A stretch of 64,000 nt of DNA from a virus (IMGVR_UViG_3300032092_002720:64001-128000), one strand, 5' to 3'. Counted from the stretch's first letter, positions 40,284 through 49,208 are shown. Numbers and translations: made by a program. Notes: generated by a model from the letters alone, not told the origin.

Positions 40284-42331
40284 TGAGTATTGGTGGTGGT
40301 TCGAAGTTTACATTAGAGAAAACATGGCGTGGTGCCGGGACTGGAACAACTAAGTTCAACAGTCCTGGTAACATCACGATTCCTTATGGTAGAAATAGTG
40401 TTCTTGTTTCTGGTAGAGGTGGCACAGGCACAGCTTTGATCCCTGGTCCTGGAACCGGCACATTCAACATCATTCCTGGCAATGCGACTGGCACATTCAA
40501 CATCATTCCAGGAAATGCGACTGGAAACTTTAATATCGTTCCTGGCAATGCGACTGGCACTTTTAATATTGTTCCTGGAAATATAGCCAACTATAATATT
40601 ATCTTTCCTCAGACCGGCAATTTCAATATCATATTCCCGCAGACCGGAGGATTCAACATCGTTCCAGGAAATGCTACTGGCACTTTCAACATTGTTCCAG
40701 GAAATGCAACTGGCAACTTTAATATCATTCCTGGCAATGCAACTGGCAACTTTAACATCGTTCCTGGTAATGCTACTGGCACTTTCAACATTGTTCCAGG
40801 AAATGCCACGGGTACATTTAACATTATTCCTGGTAATATTGCCAGCTACAATATCATTTTCCCAGGAACTGGTACATTCAACAAAGTTCCAGGGAACATA
40901 GCTGGTTATAACATCATTTTCCCTGGAACAGGTACTTTCAATATCATCCCTGGTCCTGTGGCAAACTACAACATCATTTTCCCAGGCACAGGGTCATTCA
41001 ACAAAGTTCCTGGAAACATCTCTGGCTATAACATCGTTTTTCCGGGTACAGGAGCATTTAACATTGTTCCAGGTAATGGTACAGGAACTTTTAACAAAAT
41101 TCCAGGTAATATATCTAGTTACAATATCAATCCGGGTCCAGTGTCAGGCTATAACGTAAATCCAGGCAACGTTTCAGGCTATAACGTAAATCCAGGCAAC
41201 GTGTCAGGCTATAACGTAAATCCAGGCAACGTATCTGGAAGCAATGTTATTCCTGGAAATGCCACCGGCACATACAACTCTGTTCCCGGAAATCGAATTA
41301 ATCCGGCGGTTATTAATCCGAAATTTGGATATTTTGCAGGAAGCTTCAATGCACCGTCTGGTGGTCCTCAGAACTTTAACTCTCCATCAGCAGGTCCTTC
41401 TAACTTTAACTCGCCTACTAATGGTCCTGCAAACTTCAATGCAGCGAGCAATGGTCCTGCAAACTTCAATGCAGCAACCAATGGTCCTGCAAACTTCAAT
41501 GCGCCAACTAATGGCCCTGCAAACTTCAATGCACCGACAAATGGCCCACAAAACTTTAACCCAGCTACCAACGGTCCACAAAACTTCAACGTTGCCAATG
41601 GCCCTGCGAACTTCAATGCACCGACAAATGGCCCACAAAACTTCAACGTTGCGAATGGCCCTGCAAACTTCAATGCGCCAACCGGTGGACCTCAGAACTT
41701 TAACGTTGCCAATGGTCCTGCAAACTTTAATGCACCAACGAACGGTCCACAAAACTTCAACGTAGCCAATGGTCCTGCAAACTTTAACCCTGCCACTAAC
41801 GGGCCTCAGAATTTCAATCCTGCCACTAGCGGTCCGCAGAATTTCAATCCAGCTACTAATGGTCCACAAAACTTTAATCCAGCTGTCGGTGGCCCTCAGA
41901 ATTTCAATCCAGCGACTAATGGACCTCAGAACTTTAACCCAGCTACAAACGGTCCTCAGAACTTTAACGTAGCGAATGGTCCTCAGAACTTTAACGTAGC
42001 GAATGGACCTGCTAACTTTAATCCTGCAACCAATGGTCCTCAGAACTTTAACCCTGCAACTAATGGTCCACAAAACTTTAATCCGGCAACGAATGGACCT
42101 CAGAACTTTAACCCTGCTACCAGCGGACCTCAGAACTTTAATACTCCAACTCCAGCCGTTCCAGGAAATCCGTCAAATACACTTGGTATTACTTTCCCTG
42201 GTTCAAATGCTGGAGGAACGGCTGCACCTGTGATAAATAACCAGATAGCGAGCTACTATGCTTATCCTGATGGCCAATCGCATTCGGTAACTGTGGCTCC
42301 TGGAGGATATATAGATATTACTATTGAATAA
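40283..42331 (+). CDS. Asn/Gly/Pro-rich mirror-repeat protein, 682 aa, probably virion-associated
   Basis: TAATG overlap with the fibre gene gives a start at 40283 (MSIGGG). Non-repetitive ends flank two repeat arms. Confidence 0.85.
   Translation: MSIGGGSKFTLEKTWRGAGTGTTKFNSPGNITIPYGRNSVLVSGRGGTGTALIPGPGTGTFNIIPGNATGTFNIIPGNATGNFNIVPGNATGTFNIVPGNIANYNIIFPQTGNFNIIFPQTGGFNIVPGNATGTFNIVPGNATGNFNIIPGNATGNFNIVPGNATGTFNIVPGNATGTFNIIPGNIASYNIIFPGTGTFNKVPGNIAGYNIIFPGTGTFNIIPGPVANYNIIFPGTGSFNKVPGNISGYNIVFPGTGAFNIVPGNGTGTFNKIPGNISSYNINPGPVSGYNVNPGNVSGYNVNPGNVSGYNVNPGNVSGSNVIPGNATGTYNSVPGNRINPAVINPKFGYFAGSFNAPSGGPQNFNSPSAGPSNFNSPTNGPANFNAASNGPANFNAATNGPANFNAPTNGPANFNAPTNGPQNFNPATNGPQNFNVANGPANFNAPTNGPQNFNVANGPANFNAPTGGPQNFNVANGPANFNAPTNGPQNFNVANGPANFNPATNGPQNFNPATSGPQNFNPATNGPQNFNPAVGGPQNFNPATNGPQNFNPATNGPQNFNVANGPQNFNVANGPANFNPATNGPQNFNPATNGPQNFNPATNGPQNFNPATSGPQNFNTPTPAVPGNPSNTLGITFPGSNAGGTAAPVINNQIASYYAYPDGQSHSVTVAPGGYIDITIE
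40463..41302 (+). repeat. Repeat arm 1: 27 units of (F/Y)N-xx-PGN-... (10-11 aa)
   Basis: Ten 11-mers plus seventeen 10-mers give 280 aa, which matches the 840-nt span. Confidence 0.92.
41345..42136 (+). repeat. Repeat arm 2: 27 units of FN-xxx-NGP-(Q/A)N (9-10 aa)
   Basis: Twenty-one 10-mers plus six 9-mers give 264 aa, which matches the 792-nt span. Confidence 0.92.
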
Positions 42332-42353
42332 GTGATTTGAAGAAGGATTTACT

Positions 42354-42947
42354 ATGCCATATATTATTCCTAAATATGGGAAGCAATTAAATTGTTTCGC
42401 GGTGTGGACAGGAGGATTTACTCCTGAAGAAGTCGATATGATCATCGACTTAGAAAAGCTCCAAGAATTTGAAAAGGGTAAAGTTGGGCTCGAGCAAAAT
42501 GCTGCGGCTCCTGCACATACGCGTGATTCTGATATCTCATGGATCCATCATGATCATCACAGCGATTGGCTCTTTAATAGAATGTCTGGAATTGTATCGA
42601 CTGTCAACTACGATCACTTTATGTATGACATCGAAGGAGTCGAGGCTTTTCAATATACAAAATACGGACCAAATCAACACTACACTTGGCACTGGGATGT
42701 TGAGTTCGGCTGGCAGAAATATATAAGAAAGATATCGGCATCTCTTCTTCTCTCAGATCCTGATGAGTATGAAGGCGGAGAGCTAGAGATTGTAAACAAT
42801 GGAAACTTTGAAGATAAAGTCTCGTTTAAACCGAATAAAGGTGATATCGTATTCTTCGCTTCATGGATGCCACATCGAGTGAAGCCAATCACATCAGGAA
42901 CGCGTAAGAGTCTTGTAGCATGGGTAATGGGTGAAAGAGAATGTTGA
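42354..42947 (+). CDS. 2OG-Fe(II) oxygenase, prolyl-4-hydroxylase-like
   Basis: Q.T.Y.....Y.WHWD (HxD), RKISASLLLSDP.EYEGGEL, F.S...HRV.P.TSGTRKSLV.W. Confidence 0.92.
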   Translation: MPYIIPKYGKQLNCFAVWTGGFTPEEVDMIIDLEKLQEFEKGKVGLEQNAAAPAHTRDSDISWIHHDHHSDWLFNRMSGIVSTVNYDHFMYDIEGVEAFQYTKYGPNQHYTWHWDVEFGWQKYIRKISASLLLSDPDEYEGGELEIVNNGNFEDKVSFKPNKGDIVFFASWMPHRVKPITSGTRKSLVAWVMGEREC

Positions 42948-43678
42948 GTTGGAATCCTTTTAAGAAGAAACCTATCATTGAGTTTTATTGTCATCGAGAT
43001 GACGTAGCCAGTTTGCCGCATCCAAAGCCTGCAGCTAAACATATACCTGAATGGTATAAAAGAATTCCTCCGCTCATTACAGACGGCCGAGACGATCGTG
43101 ATTGGTCAGGATCACATAGTTTTACTGCAAAAAAATGCATGCCAATGATAGACGCCATGTCGTTGGGTTATGTCATTCCTCTTATCGCCGACATGACAGT
43201 CAGATCAAATCATGACTGTAGTACGATCGAAGTGACATCTTCTCCTCACATCACTGTATGTGAGTTTCATGACATTCGGCAACTCGGAGAAAGATCTGCT
43301 CCAGGATTTCCTGCTCCACCTTTAAAGTTCGTTAATCCATGGATCGTAAAGACTGCTCCAGGTTGGTCTACACTTTTTATAGCGCCGATTAACAACTTTG
43401 AAAGTCATTTTACTTGCTTATCTGGATTGGTCGATACTGATACATATCCAAAGGAAGTCAATTTCCCTGCAATCTGGCATACTCCAAATGCTGACGTGCT
43501 TCTGCCTGCTGGAACTCCATTGGTCATCGCTATCCCAATTAAGCGCGATGCAGTCCCATCAAAGCCTACGATAAGAGATATGAAAGAACCAGAACAACAC
43601 TTGATCAATCTCATATCGAAGATGCAAAACACGCGCAGAAGTGTATATACAAAAGAACTGAGAGCACCCAGAAAATGA
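42941..43678 (+). CDS. Conserved hypothetical protein (possibly DUF6065-like), paralog 1
   Basis: IPEWYK, KKCMP..DA..LGY.IP, KF.NPW..KT.PGWS.LF and G.VDTD.Y...VNFP. The family name is recalled, not verified. Confidence 0.55.
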   Translation: MLSWNPFKKKPIIEFYCHRDDVASLPHPKPAAKHIPEWYKRIPPLITDGRDDRDWSGSHSFTAKKCMPMIDAMSLGYVIPLIADMTVRSNHDCSTIEVTSSPHITVCEFHDIRQLGERSAPGFPAPPLKFVNPWIVKTAPGWSTLFIAPINNFESHFTCLSGLVDTDTYPKEVNFPAIWHTPNADVLLPAGTPLVIAIPIKRDAVPSKPTIRDMKEPEQHLINLISKMQNTRRSVYTKELRAPRK

Positions 43679-44415
43679 AAGATCTGTTTTCTTTTTTAAA
43701 ACCGAAAAAAGATATCGAATTCGTAGATACGAAGAAATTATCTTATCATAACTTTTCTGTCGAACGAGCTGTTGATGTTCCAACAAACACTCGTAAAGTC
43801 CAACAAGACAAGTATGGTAAACATCTGATGCCATACTGTCCCGGAATTTTAGATTATGCCCAATTCGGGTATATCATTCCAGCTTGGGTAGACATTCATA
43901 TTATGGCAAACAAAGCTGGCACTTCATGGTATCTTGGAGATAAAGGTGCTAGAGGAGATCGTGGTTTTGACAACGGCGTGAAGATGGATGAAAAGTTTGT
44001 AGAAGGTGCATTTACTCCTATTGGAATTAATCCTACTGCAATCTTGTTTCCATCGCCTTGGAAAATCTTTACACAAAAAAACATCAGCGCATTGTTAATG
44101 CCAGCATTCTACCACTCTACCTTTCTCGATGATCTATACGTGACGCCAGGTTTGGTAGATTATAAAAACTTTCATATCACAAACTTCATCTGTATGCCGA
44201 AGAGAGAATGTAACGTTCATATCAAAGCAGGCGAACCTTTACTACATGTCATTCCTTTCCTTAATAAAGATATTAGTGCTTCAGTTGGTCCTGCTACAGA
44301 TGAGATGATAGATAAAACTGCAAATCTAATTCCTGGAGATGATAAGCAATACTATCGGAAGTTTATGGGAATTAAAAAGAAATTTAATATGCAAAAAGAA
44401 GAGATTAAACAATGA
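43675..44415 (+). CDS. Conserved hypothetical protein, paralog 2
   Basis: CPGILDYAQFGYIIP, FPSPWKIFT, PG.VDY..F...NF and AGEPLLHVIP align by eye with paralog 1. Confidence 0.55.
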   Translation: MKDLFSFLKPKKDIEFVDTKKLSYHNFSVERAVDVPTNTRKVQQDKYGKHLMPYCPGILDYAQFGYIIPAWVDIHIMANKAGTSWYLGDKGARGDRGFDNGVKMDEKFVEGAFTPIGINPTAILFPSPWKIFTQKNISALLMPAFYHSTFLDDLYVTPGLVDYKNFHITNFICMPKRECNVHIKAGEPLLHVIPFLNKDISASVGPATDEMIDKTANLIPGDDKQYYRKFMGIKKKFNMQKEEIKQ

Positions 44416-45431
44416 ACATTTTTGTTTCAGTATGCTCGTACCAAGATCCTTTACTTCCTCATACTATCAAGAGTATGATGCAGACCAAATCAAATAGAAA
44501 CAACGTAGTCTATTCGATCTTCGAGCAGACGCGGTTCGAGGATTCTTTGGCTTGCACAGAGCCTGTGCTTGTAAATAGAGATGATGTCATCTATAAAAGA
44601 ATTGATCCAGAATATTCTGATGGCTGTGTTTGGGCAAGATACCTTAACTTGTTAAACGTAACAAATGAGTACGACTTTATCTATCAAGTCGACTCTCACA
44701 TGCTACATGACATGAACTGGGATCGCTCTCTTGTTGAAGATTATAAGAGAGCAATGGATATGGCTGGAACGAACAAAGTAATCATTACTGGTTCGTGTAA
44801 ATCATTTACGATTGAAGAAAAAGATGGGGAAATTAAAACGTATCCTCAGCATGAAGTCAACGATGCATGTCAAGTAAAGTACTACACTATCGATCCTCAT
44901 AATTTTATTCCAGACGTTCACGGCGATAATATTCCTTCGACTGATATGCCGAGACCTGCATTCCATATTATGGCTGGCAACTTCTTCACACACACCGATT
45001 GGCTCGATGAAGTTGGTTTAGATCCAAAGATATTCTTCCGCGGAGAAGAAATAATGATGACGATGATGTCATATGCGGCTGGATATAAGATGTTCCATCA
45101 TAGTAAGATGGTATCATATCATCTTGAGAACACTCGAAACTGGCATACGAAGACTCCACCAGAAAATGTAAAAGCTGCCCGAAGAAGAGAAATCTTGGCT
45201 GAAATTGGTATATGGAGATGGAAGCAGTATCTCGAAACTTGCAGAGAAGATCTCCTTTCCGAGTTCCATAAAGAATTCGGTGTAGACTTTATTAACTTAG
45301 AAATTGAAGAGCGCGCAAAGACTTATAGTCTCGATGCTATCGGTGGAGTTGATATCCTCGCTATTTCGAAGAAACCAAAGAAGAAAGTAAAGCTGCCTAA
45401 AACTCTTTTCATGAGTGAAGACGAAGAATGA
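44412..45431 (+). CDS. GlcNAc transferase resembling Skp1-hydroxyproline Gnt1 (GT60-like)
   Basis: IFVS..SY.DP.L..TI, G..WAR, Q.DSHM....WD..L, AG.FF....L.EV..DP..FF.GEE and GY..FH. Confidence 0.8.
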   Translation: MNIFVSVCSYQDPLLPHTIKSMMQTKSNRNNVVYSIFEQTRFEDSLACTEPVLVNRDDVIYKRIDPEYSDGCVWARYLNLLNVTNEYDFIYQVDSHMLHDMNWDRSLVEDYKRAMDMAGTNKVIITGSCKSFTIEEKDGEIKTYPQHEVNDACQVKYYTIDPHNFIPDVHGDNIPSTDMPRPAFHIMAGNFFTHTDWLDEVGLDPKIFFRGEEIMMTMMSYAAGYKMFHHSKMVSYHLENTRNWHTKTPPENVKAARRREILAEIGIWRWKQYLETCREDLLSEFHKEFGVDFINLEIEERAKTYSLDAIGGVDILAISKKPKKKVKLPKTLFMSEDEE

Positions 45432-45961
45432 TCGTATGTTCTCTCCCACGCTGCGGAGCTACAAAGTTTTGTTTAGACTTTCAAGAAAAAACAAAACTTA
45501 AGTTTGTGGGAGAGTTACATCCTGTTCATATTCAAAGTGATAGAAAAGCTTTGACGCACGAAACAGAGTATCAAACTAACTTTACTTCGGATTCTTTCGC
45601 AGAACTTTTACATGATCATAGCGAACACATTGCACTTGTAAATCAGCACTCATATCTTTTGGCTAATCAAGCAAGTGTTTTCATGCTCCGTAAAAATATG
45701 AGAGATGCATCTCTTAGCTTGGCAAACTATATGTTGAAGGCATATCCAGGAATTAAAGTAGCCGCACTGAAGTTTAATCTAGCTCTGATGCACCATGATC
45801 ATAAGGCTCTGACAGCATATTTAAATAAATATGAGAAAGAAGTGGTATGGTATGAAGACTACTACGGCATCTCTGGAACAAAAACCCCCTTGCTCGATTC
45901 GTATATCGGAAGAGATTCTATCATAAAAGAGATTGACGACTATTATGGATCAACAGTTTGA
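45428..45961 (+). CDS. Sulfotransferase-like protein (Stf0-like PAPS-binding loop)
   Basis: N-terminal SLPRCGAT.F, LRKN..DA.LS and WYEDY resemble the 5'-PSB loop and downstream motifs. The protein is short and divergent. Confidence 0.55.
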   Translation: MIVCSLPRCGATKFCLDFQEKTKLKFVGELHPVHIQSDRKALTHETEYQTNFTSDSFAELLHDHSEHIALVNQHSYLLANQASVFMLRKNMRDASLSLANYMLKAYPGIKVAALKFNLALMHHDHKALTAYLNKYEKEVVWYEDYYGISGTKTPLLDSYIGRDSIIKEIDDYYGSTV

Positions 45962-46658
45962 TAAAAGATACGTTCTTACTACTATCCAACTGATAGGTCC
46001 ATTTATCGTATTATGGGCACTCTTGCAATATGCTACACTCGCATGGGTAGCCGTTGCTATGATCATGCTTTTTCTGATGAGAATCGTAGGCGGTTCGATA
46101 TTCTATCATCGCATTCTTTGTCATCACACTCATGATGTGCATCCAACAGTAGAGTTTATCGGCACCGCACTCGGATTCTATGGATCCTTTATGCCACCTG
46201 CAGACTTTTGCATAACACACTTCAATCATCATAAGTATGCTGACACTGAGCAAGATCCTCATTGCCACAGCACGCAAGGCTGGAGAACGATGTTCCCTAT
46301 TTTATGGAATATTACCAATCGGGTAGATTTTCGAACCGTAATTCGTCTTCGAAAAAATAAGACAGTCAATCTATTTTCTGAGAAGTATTGGCTGGTGGCA
46401 TCTTTGCCACTTCTATTGCTACTCATATCGCCTGAAGCATTCTTGTTTTTGTTTCTTATTCCGTGTACTCTATCGATATGGTCGGCGGCAATATCTACAA
46501 TGAATCACGATGAGAATGGAGCAAAGAACATGGGATTCTGGTATGGAATCGTAAGTGGCGCCGAGCACAAGCATAAGAATCATCACGATGATATATCAGA
46601 TGAAGGTTGGATAAATACCGTAGCAAATATAATAGCCAAAAAGAGAGTTAAAACATGA
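45945..46658 (+). CDS. Membrane fatty-acid desaturase-like di-iron enzyme
   Basis: Hydrophobic helices and three His boxes: HRILCH, HFNHH..AD...DPH and HKNHH. Confidence 0.85.
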   Translation: MDQQFDKRYVLTTIQLIGPFIVLWALLQYATLAWVAVAMIMLFLMRIVGGSIFYHRILCHHTHDVHPTVEFIGTALGFYGSFMPPADFCITHFNHHKYADTEQDPHCHSTQGWRTMFPILWNITNRVDFRTVIRLRKNKTVNLFSEKYWLVASLPLLLLLISPEAFLFLFLIPCTLSIWSAAISTMNHDENGAKNMGFWYGIVSGAEHKHKNHHDDISDEGWINTVANIIAKKRVKT

Positions 46659-47203
46659 ATCTTGTTACAATCACTATAAATGATTTATCAGAAGTTGATT
46701 TTGATGATCTGTATGAAAGATCCAAAGATGCAATCGACGCAAATTGGCCATCTACATCTATAATGACAGATGAAGAAAAAAAGGCCGGATATGTGGCTGC
46801 TATAACTAGTGGATTAAACAACGAATGGCCAGGTTTAAATCCACACGGACCAAACGACAGATATGTTGTCGCCAAACAAGTAGACCTTGATACAGGAACC
46901 GAACTAGGATTAGTCGCAGGATTTGTTCTTCCAGACGGGATTTTTGATGGTAGACATTCTATGAGTTCTCGCGATGCAAGCGGTTCTCGAAACTGGGTGT
47001 TTTCTGAACAATTTAGACAAGCTCGAAGCGATTGGTATGCAAGTATTGGAGCAACTAAAACTTTATATAGAAATATTGTTGCCGATTCTATGCATTATCG
47101 CCACATTAAAATGCGAGCAGGATTACATTTTGAAATCATAGAAGATATAGAATCTCCAACTTATGGCCCGCGTTTTAGAAATGTCACAGTAGAATATAAG
47201 TAA
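46655..47203 (+). CDS. Hypothetical protein
   Basis: 182 aa, translationally coupled on both sides. No family recognised. Confidence 0.7.
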   Translation: MNLVTITINDLSEVDFDDLYERSKDAIDANWPSTSIMTDEEKKAGYVAAITSGLNNEWPGLNPHGPNDRYVVAKQVDLDTGTELGLVAGFVLPDGIFDGRHSMSSRDASGSRNWVFSEQFRQARSDWYASIGATKTLYRNIVADSMHYRHIKMRAGLHFEIIEDIESPTYGPRFRNVTVEYK

Positions 47204-47907
47204 TGAAATTTTTATTGAATGTAGGAGCCGAGAAAGCTGGCACTACTTGGTTATATGATTATTTTCGAAACCATCCAGAATTCTATGATATGGGGAAAGA
47301 ACTCAATATCATTCAGAGAGATGATTTGGTGCCTATCTTAGAAGACGTAGACGAATATAGAAAAGACATAGAGTCTTTCTTTCGAGCAGTTTCAAATATA
47401 AATCAGGTGACAGGTGACTTCACACACTACGAAGGCTCAAGCGAGAACGTCTTTCGACTTATAAAGAATGGCTTGCTAAAGTACGATATCGAAGTAGTGC
47501 CAGTCTATATTATGCGAGATCCTATTCAAAGGGCTTGGTCTTCTTGGAATTCTCTCGGAGGAGGAAAGATTGCAATTAAATCCCCGGCTTCACAATTTGT
47601 GATGACTAATTTTATGTCATGCAAATATAGAGAAACGATAGAAGCTTTAGACGGTGTTTTCCCAAATCCGTTATATTTCTTCTATGAGGATTTTTTTACT
47701 CAAGACAATATCAATAAGATATGCGATGAGTTACAGATTTCTCATCATCCTGCAGAATGTGACACCAGAATCAACGCTTCTCCGTATAAGAAAATACCAA
47801 ACATCTTCTTGAAAACTTTTGGTAAATCTCCGAAGAATAAAACAACTGCTAAATATATTTTTGAAAGATTTGAAAATGTACCATGGAAACTCGAAGATTA
47901 TCCGTAG
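47203..47907 (+). CDS. Sulfotransferase family protein
   Basis: VGAEKAGTTWLY.YF..HPE (5'-PSB loop) and MRDPI.RAWS (3'-PB). Confidence 0.88.
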   Translation: MKFLLNVGAEKAGTTWLYDYFRNHPEFYDMGKELNIIQRDDLVPILEDVDEYRKDIESFFRAVSNINQVTGDFTHYEGSSENVFRLIKNGLLKYDIEVVPVYIMRDPIQRAWSSWNSLGGGKIAIKSPASQFVMTNFMSCKYRETIEALDGVFPNPLYFFYEDFFTQDNINKICDELQISHHPAECDTRINASPYKKIPNIFLKTFGKSPKNKTTAKYIFERFENVPWKLEDYP

Positions 47908-48469
47908 ATCTACTCTCGATGAAGATCTTCGCTTAAAATTGCTTGAGGGTTTAAAAAATCCAGTACACATGCACTACTTTGATCGTAACGAAGCTACGAA
48001 CGCAACAGACGAAGCTGTGCTTGAGTTTCTCGACAGAGAACAATTTGGATGTAATAAAACTCACATCGAATATTGGTTTCAGTCTAAAGAATTTTCAGAG
48101 CATTTGTGGCCGCACGTAGATTTTAATGAGAAACTTCGAGATAGAATTAATGCTGGGGAACAATTAGAGCCAGAAGAACTGATGTCTCCAATTACCATCG
48201 CCTGTTATTTAGAGGCAACCGACCTTGAAGGCGGAGAATTCTGCATCTCTGAAAGAAGTTGGTTAGACTATGAAAAAGAACTCAACGATCCAGTAGATTT
48301 AAAAGAAGATTTGCTCAAATATACGTACGAATCTTTTCAACCCTTCGAAGGCGCAGTGTTATACTTTGAAGGCAGCAGATACTACCATTGGATCAACGAA
48401 GTCAAACGAGGATCTCGTAAGAGTATATTAATCAATTTCTGGGACGACTGTAGCCTTAAGTCCACTTAG
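47876..48469 (+). CDS. 2OG-Fe(II) oxygenase
   Basis: LWPHVD, YL...DLEGGEF, F.G..YYHWI..V..GSRKSI..NFW. Start placed at ATG 47876. Confidence 0.85.
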   Translation: MYHGNSKIIRRSTLDEDLRLKLLEGLKNPVHMHYFDRNEATNATDEAVLEFLDREQFGCNKTHIEYWFQSKEFSEHLWPHVDFNEKLRDRINAGEQLEPEELMSPITIACYLEATDLEGGEFCISERSWLDYEKELNDPVDLKEDLLKYTYESFQPFEGAVLYFEGSRYYHWINEVKRGSRKSILINFWDDCSLKST

Positions 48470-49208
48470 TTCCATGACGAGAGCTATACTTGGTTTCAGG
48501 ATCGTATGCTGCAAAGTCTTCGTAGCGAGGATCTCCTGGCTCGGCTCTCTTACCGATGCTATACTCACCAATATGATTAACGATGTTATGGCCTTCTTCG
48601 GTCTTCAGTTTACATGTCTGCATACCAAGTTGCTGCAATGATTTTGCTACGACATACTCGCTTAAGTTCTTCTCGCCTACTGATTCGGCATGAGGAAGAT
48701 CTACTATGGCGCGAGGAAAAACACTTGCCAAGCTCCAAAAATATGCCTCAGAAAGTTCACCGCGGTATTTTCCAAGTGTAATGTCTGTTTCATAAGCCTG
48801 TGTTTCCTCTTCAAAGTCATACCATTTCTGACGTGTCAAACACACCTGAGAAACGTTACGATAGTCATGTAAGATCTGAGTCATGTCAAGCATTCGAATC
48901 GGATGATTGAATGTCACGTCATCTTCTGACAGATACACGTAATCATAATCTCGTTCTCTCAGTAGTTCGAAGGTTCTATTCCATACGTATGGCAAACCCA
49001 TGTTCTGCTGATGCAAGTAGATCTCAGTAAAGCCAAAATTCTTGGCTAGCTCGAACATCGTGCCGTCATGCCGGCCTTTTGGCATATCATCGATAAAGAT
49101 GCCTTCGACTTGACAACCTTCGAAGTTTAACATATCACGCTGAGATTTAAGCGTAGGAATCAAATACTCGAGACGGTTCGTCGACCATATAATCTTACAA
49201 ACTTTCAT
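48456..49208 (-). CDS. Glycosyltransferase (GT-A fold, GT2-like)
   Basis: NR.EYL..TL.S, IFIDD, N.GL...WN, YVYL.EDD and V.HIG. Confidence 0.75.
   Translation of the reverse strand: MKVCKIIWSTNRLEYLIPTLKSQRDMLNFEGCQVEGIFIDDMPKGRHDGTMFELAKNFGFTEIYLHQQNMGLPYVWNRTFELLRERDYDYVYLSEDDVTFNHPIRMLDMTQILHDYRNVSQVCLTRQKWYDFEEETQAYETDITLGKYRGELSEAYFWSLASVFPRAIVDLPHAESVGEKNLSEYVVAKSLQQLGMQTCKLKTEEGHNIVNHIGEYSIGKRAEPGDPRYEDFAAYDPETKYSSRHGTKWT

Noticed and set aside
28901-42073. Long alternative-frame and antisense ORFs over the repeats (for example 28901-29368, 30472-31125, 34850-35267, 36866-37423, 41244-41765, 41387-42073)
   Set aside because: These are stop-free shadows expected from low-complexity coding repeats. 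They have no SD or recognisable motifs.
41345-42136. Regular 27-30-nt periodicity resembling a CRISPR array
   Set aside because: The units are in-frame coding repeats with synonymous variation and no unique spacers, and there are no cas genes.
40463-42136. DNA inverted repeat or RNA hairpin as the cause of the arm symmetry
   Set aside because: The reverse complement of arm 2 units does not resemble arm 1. The symmetry is visible only at the peptide level.
40283-42331. Ice-nucleation protein call for the repeat protein
   Set aside because: It lacks the AGYGSTxT octapeptide repeat and regular TxT arrays.
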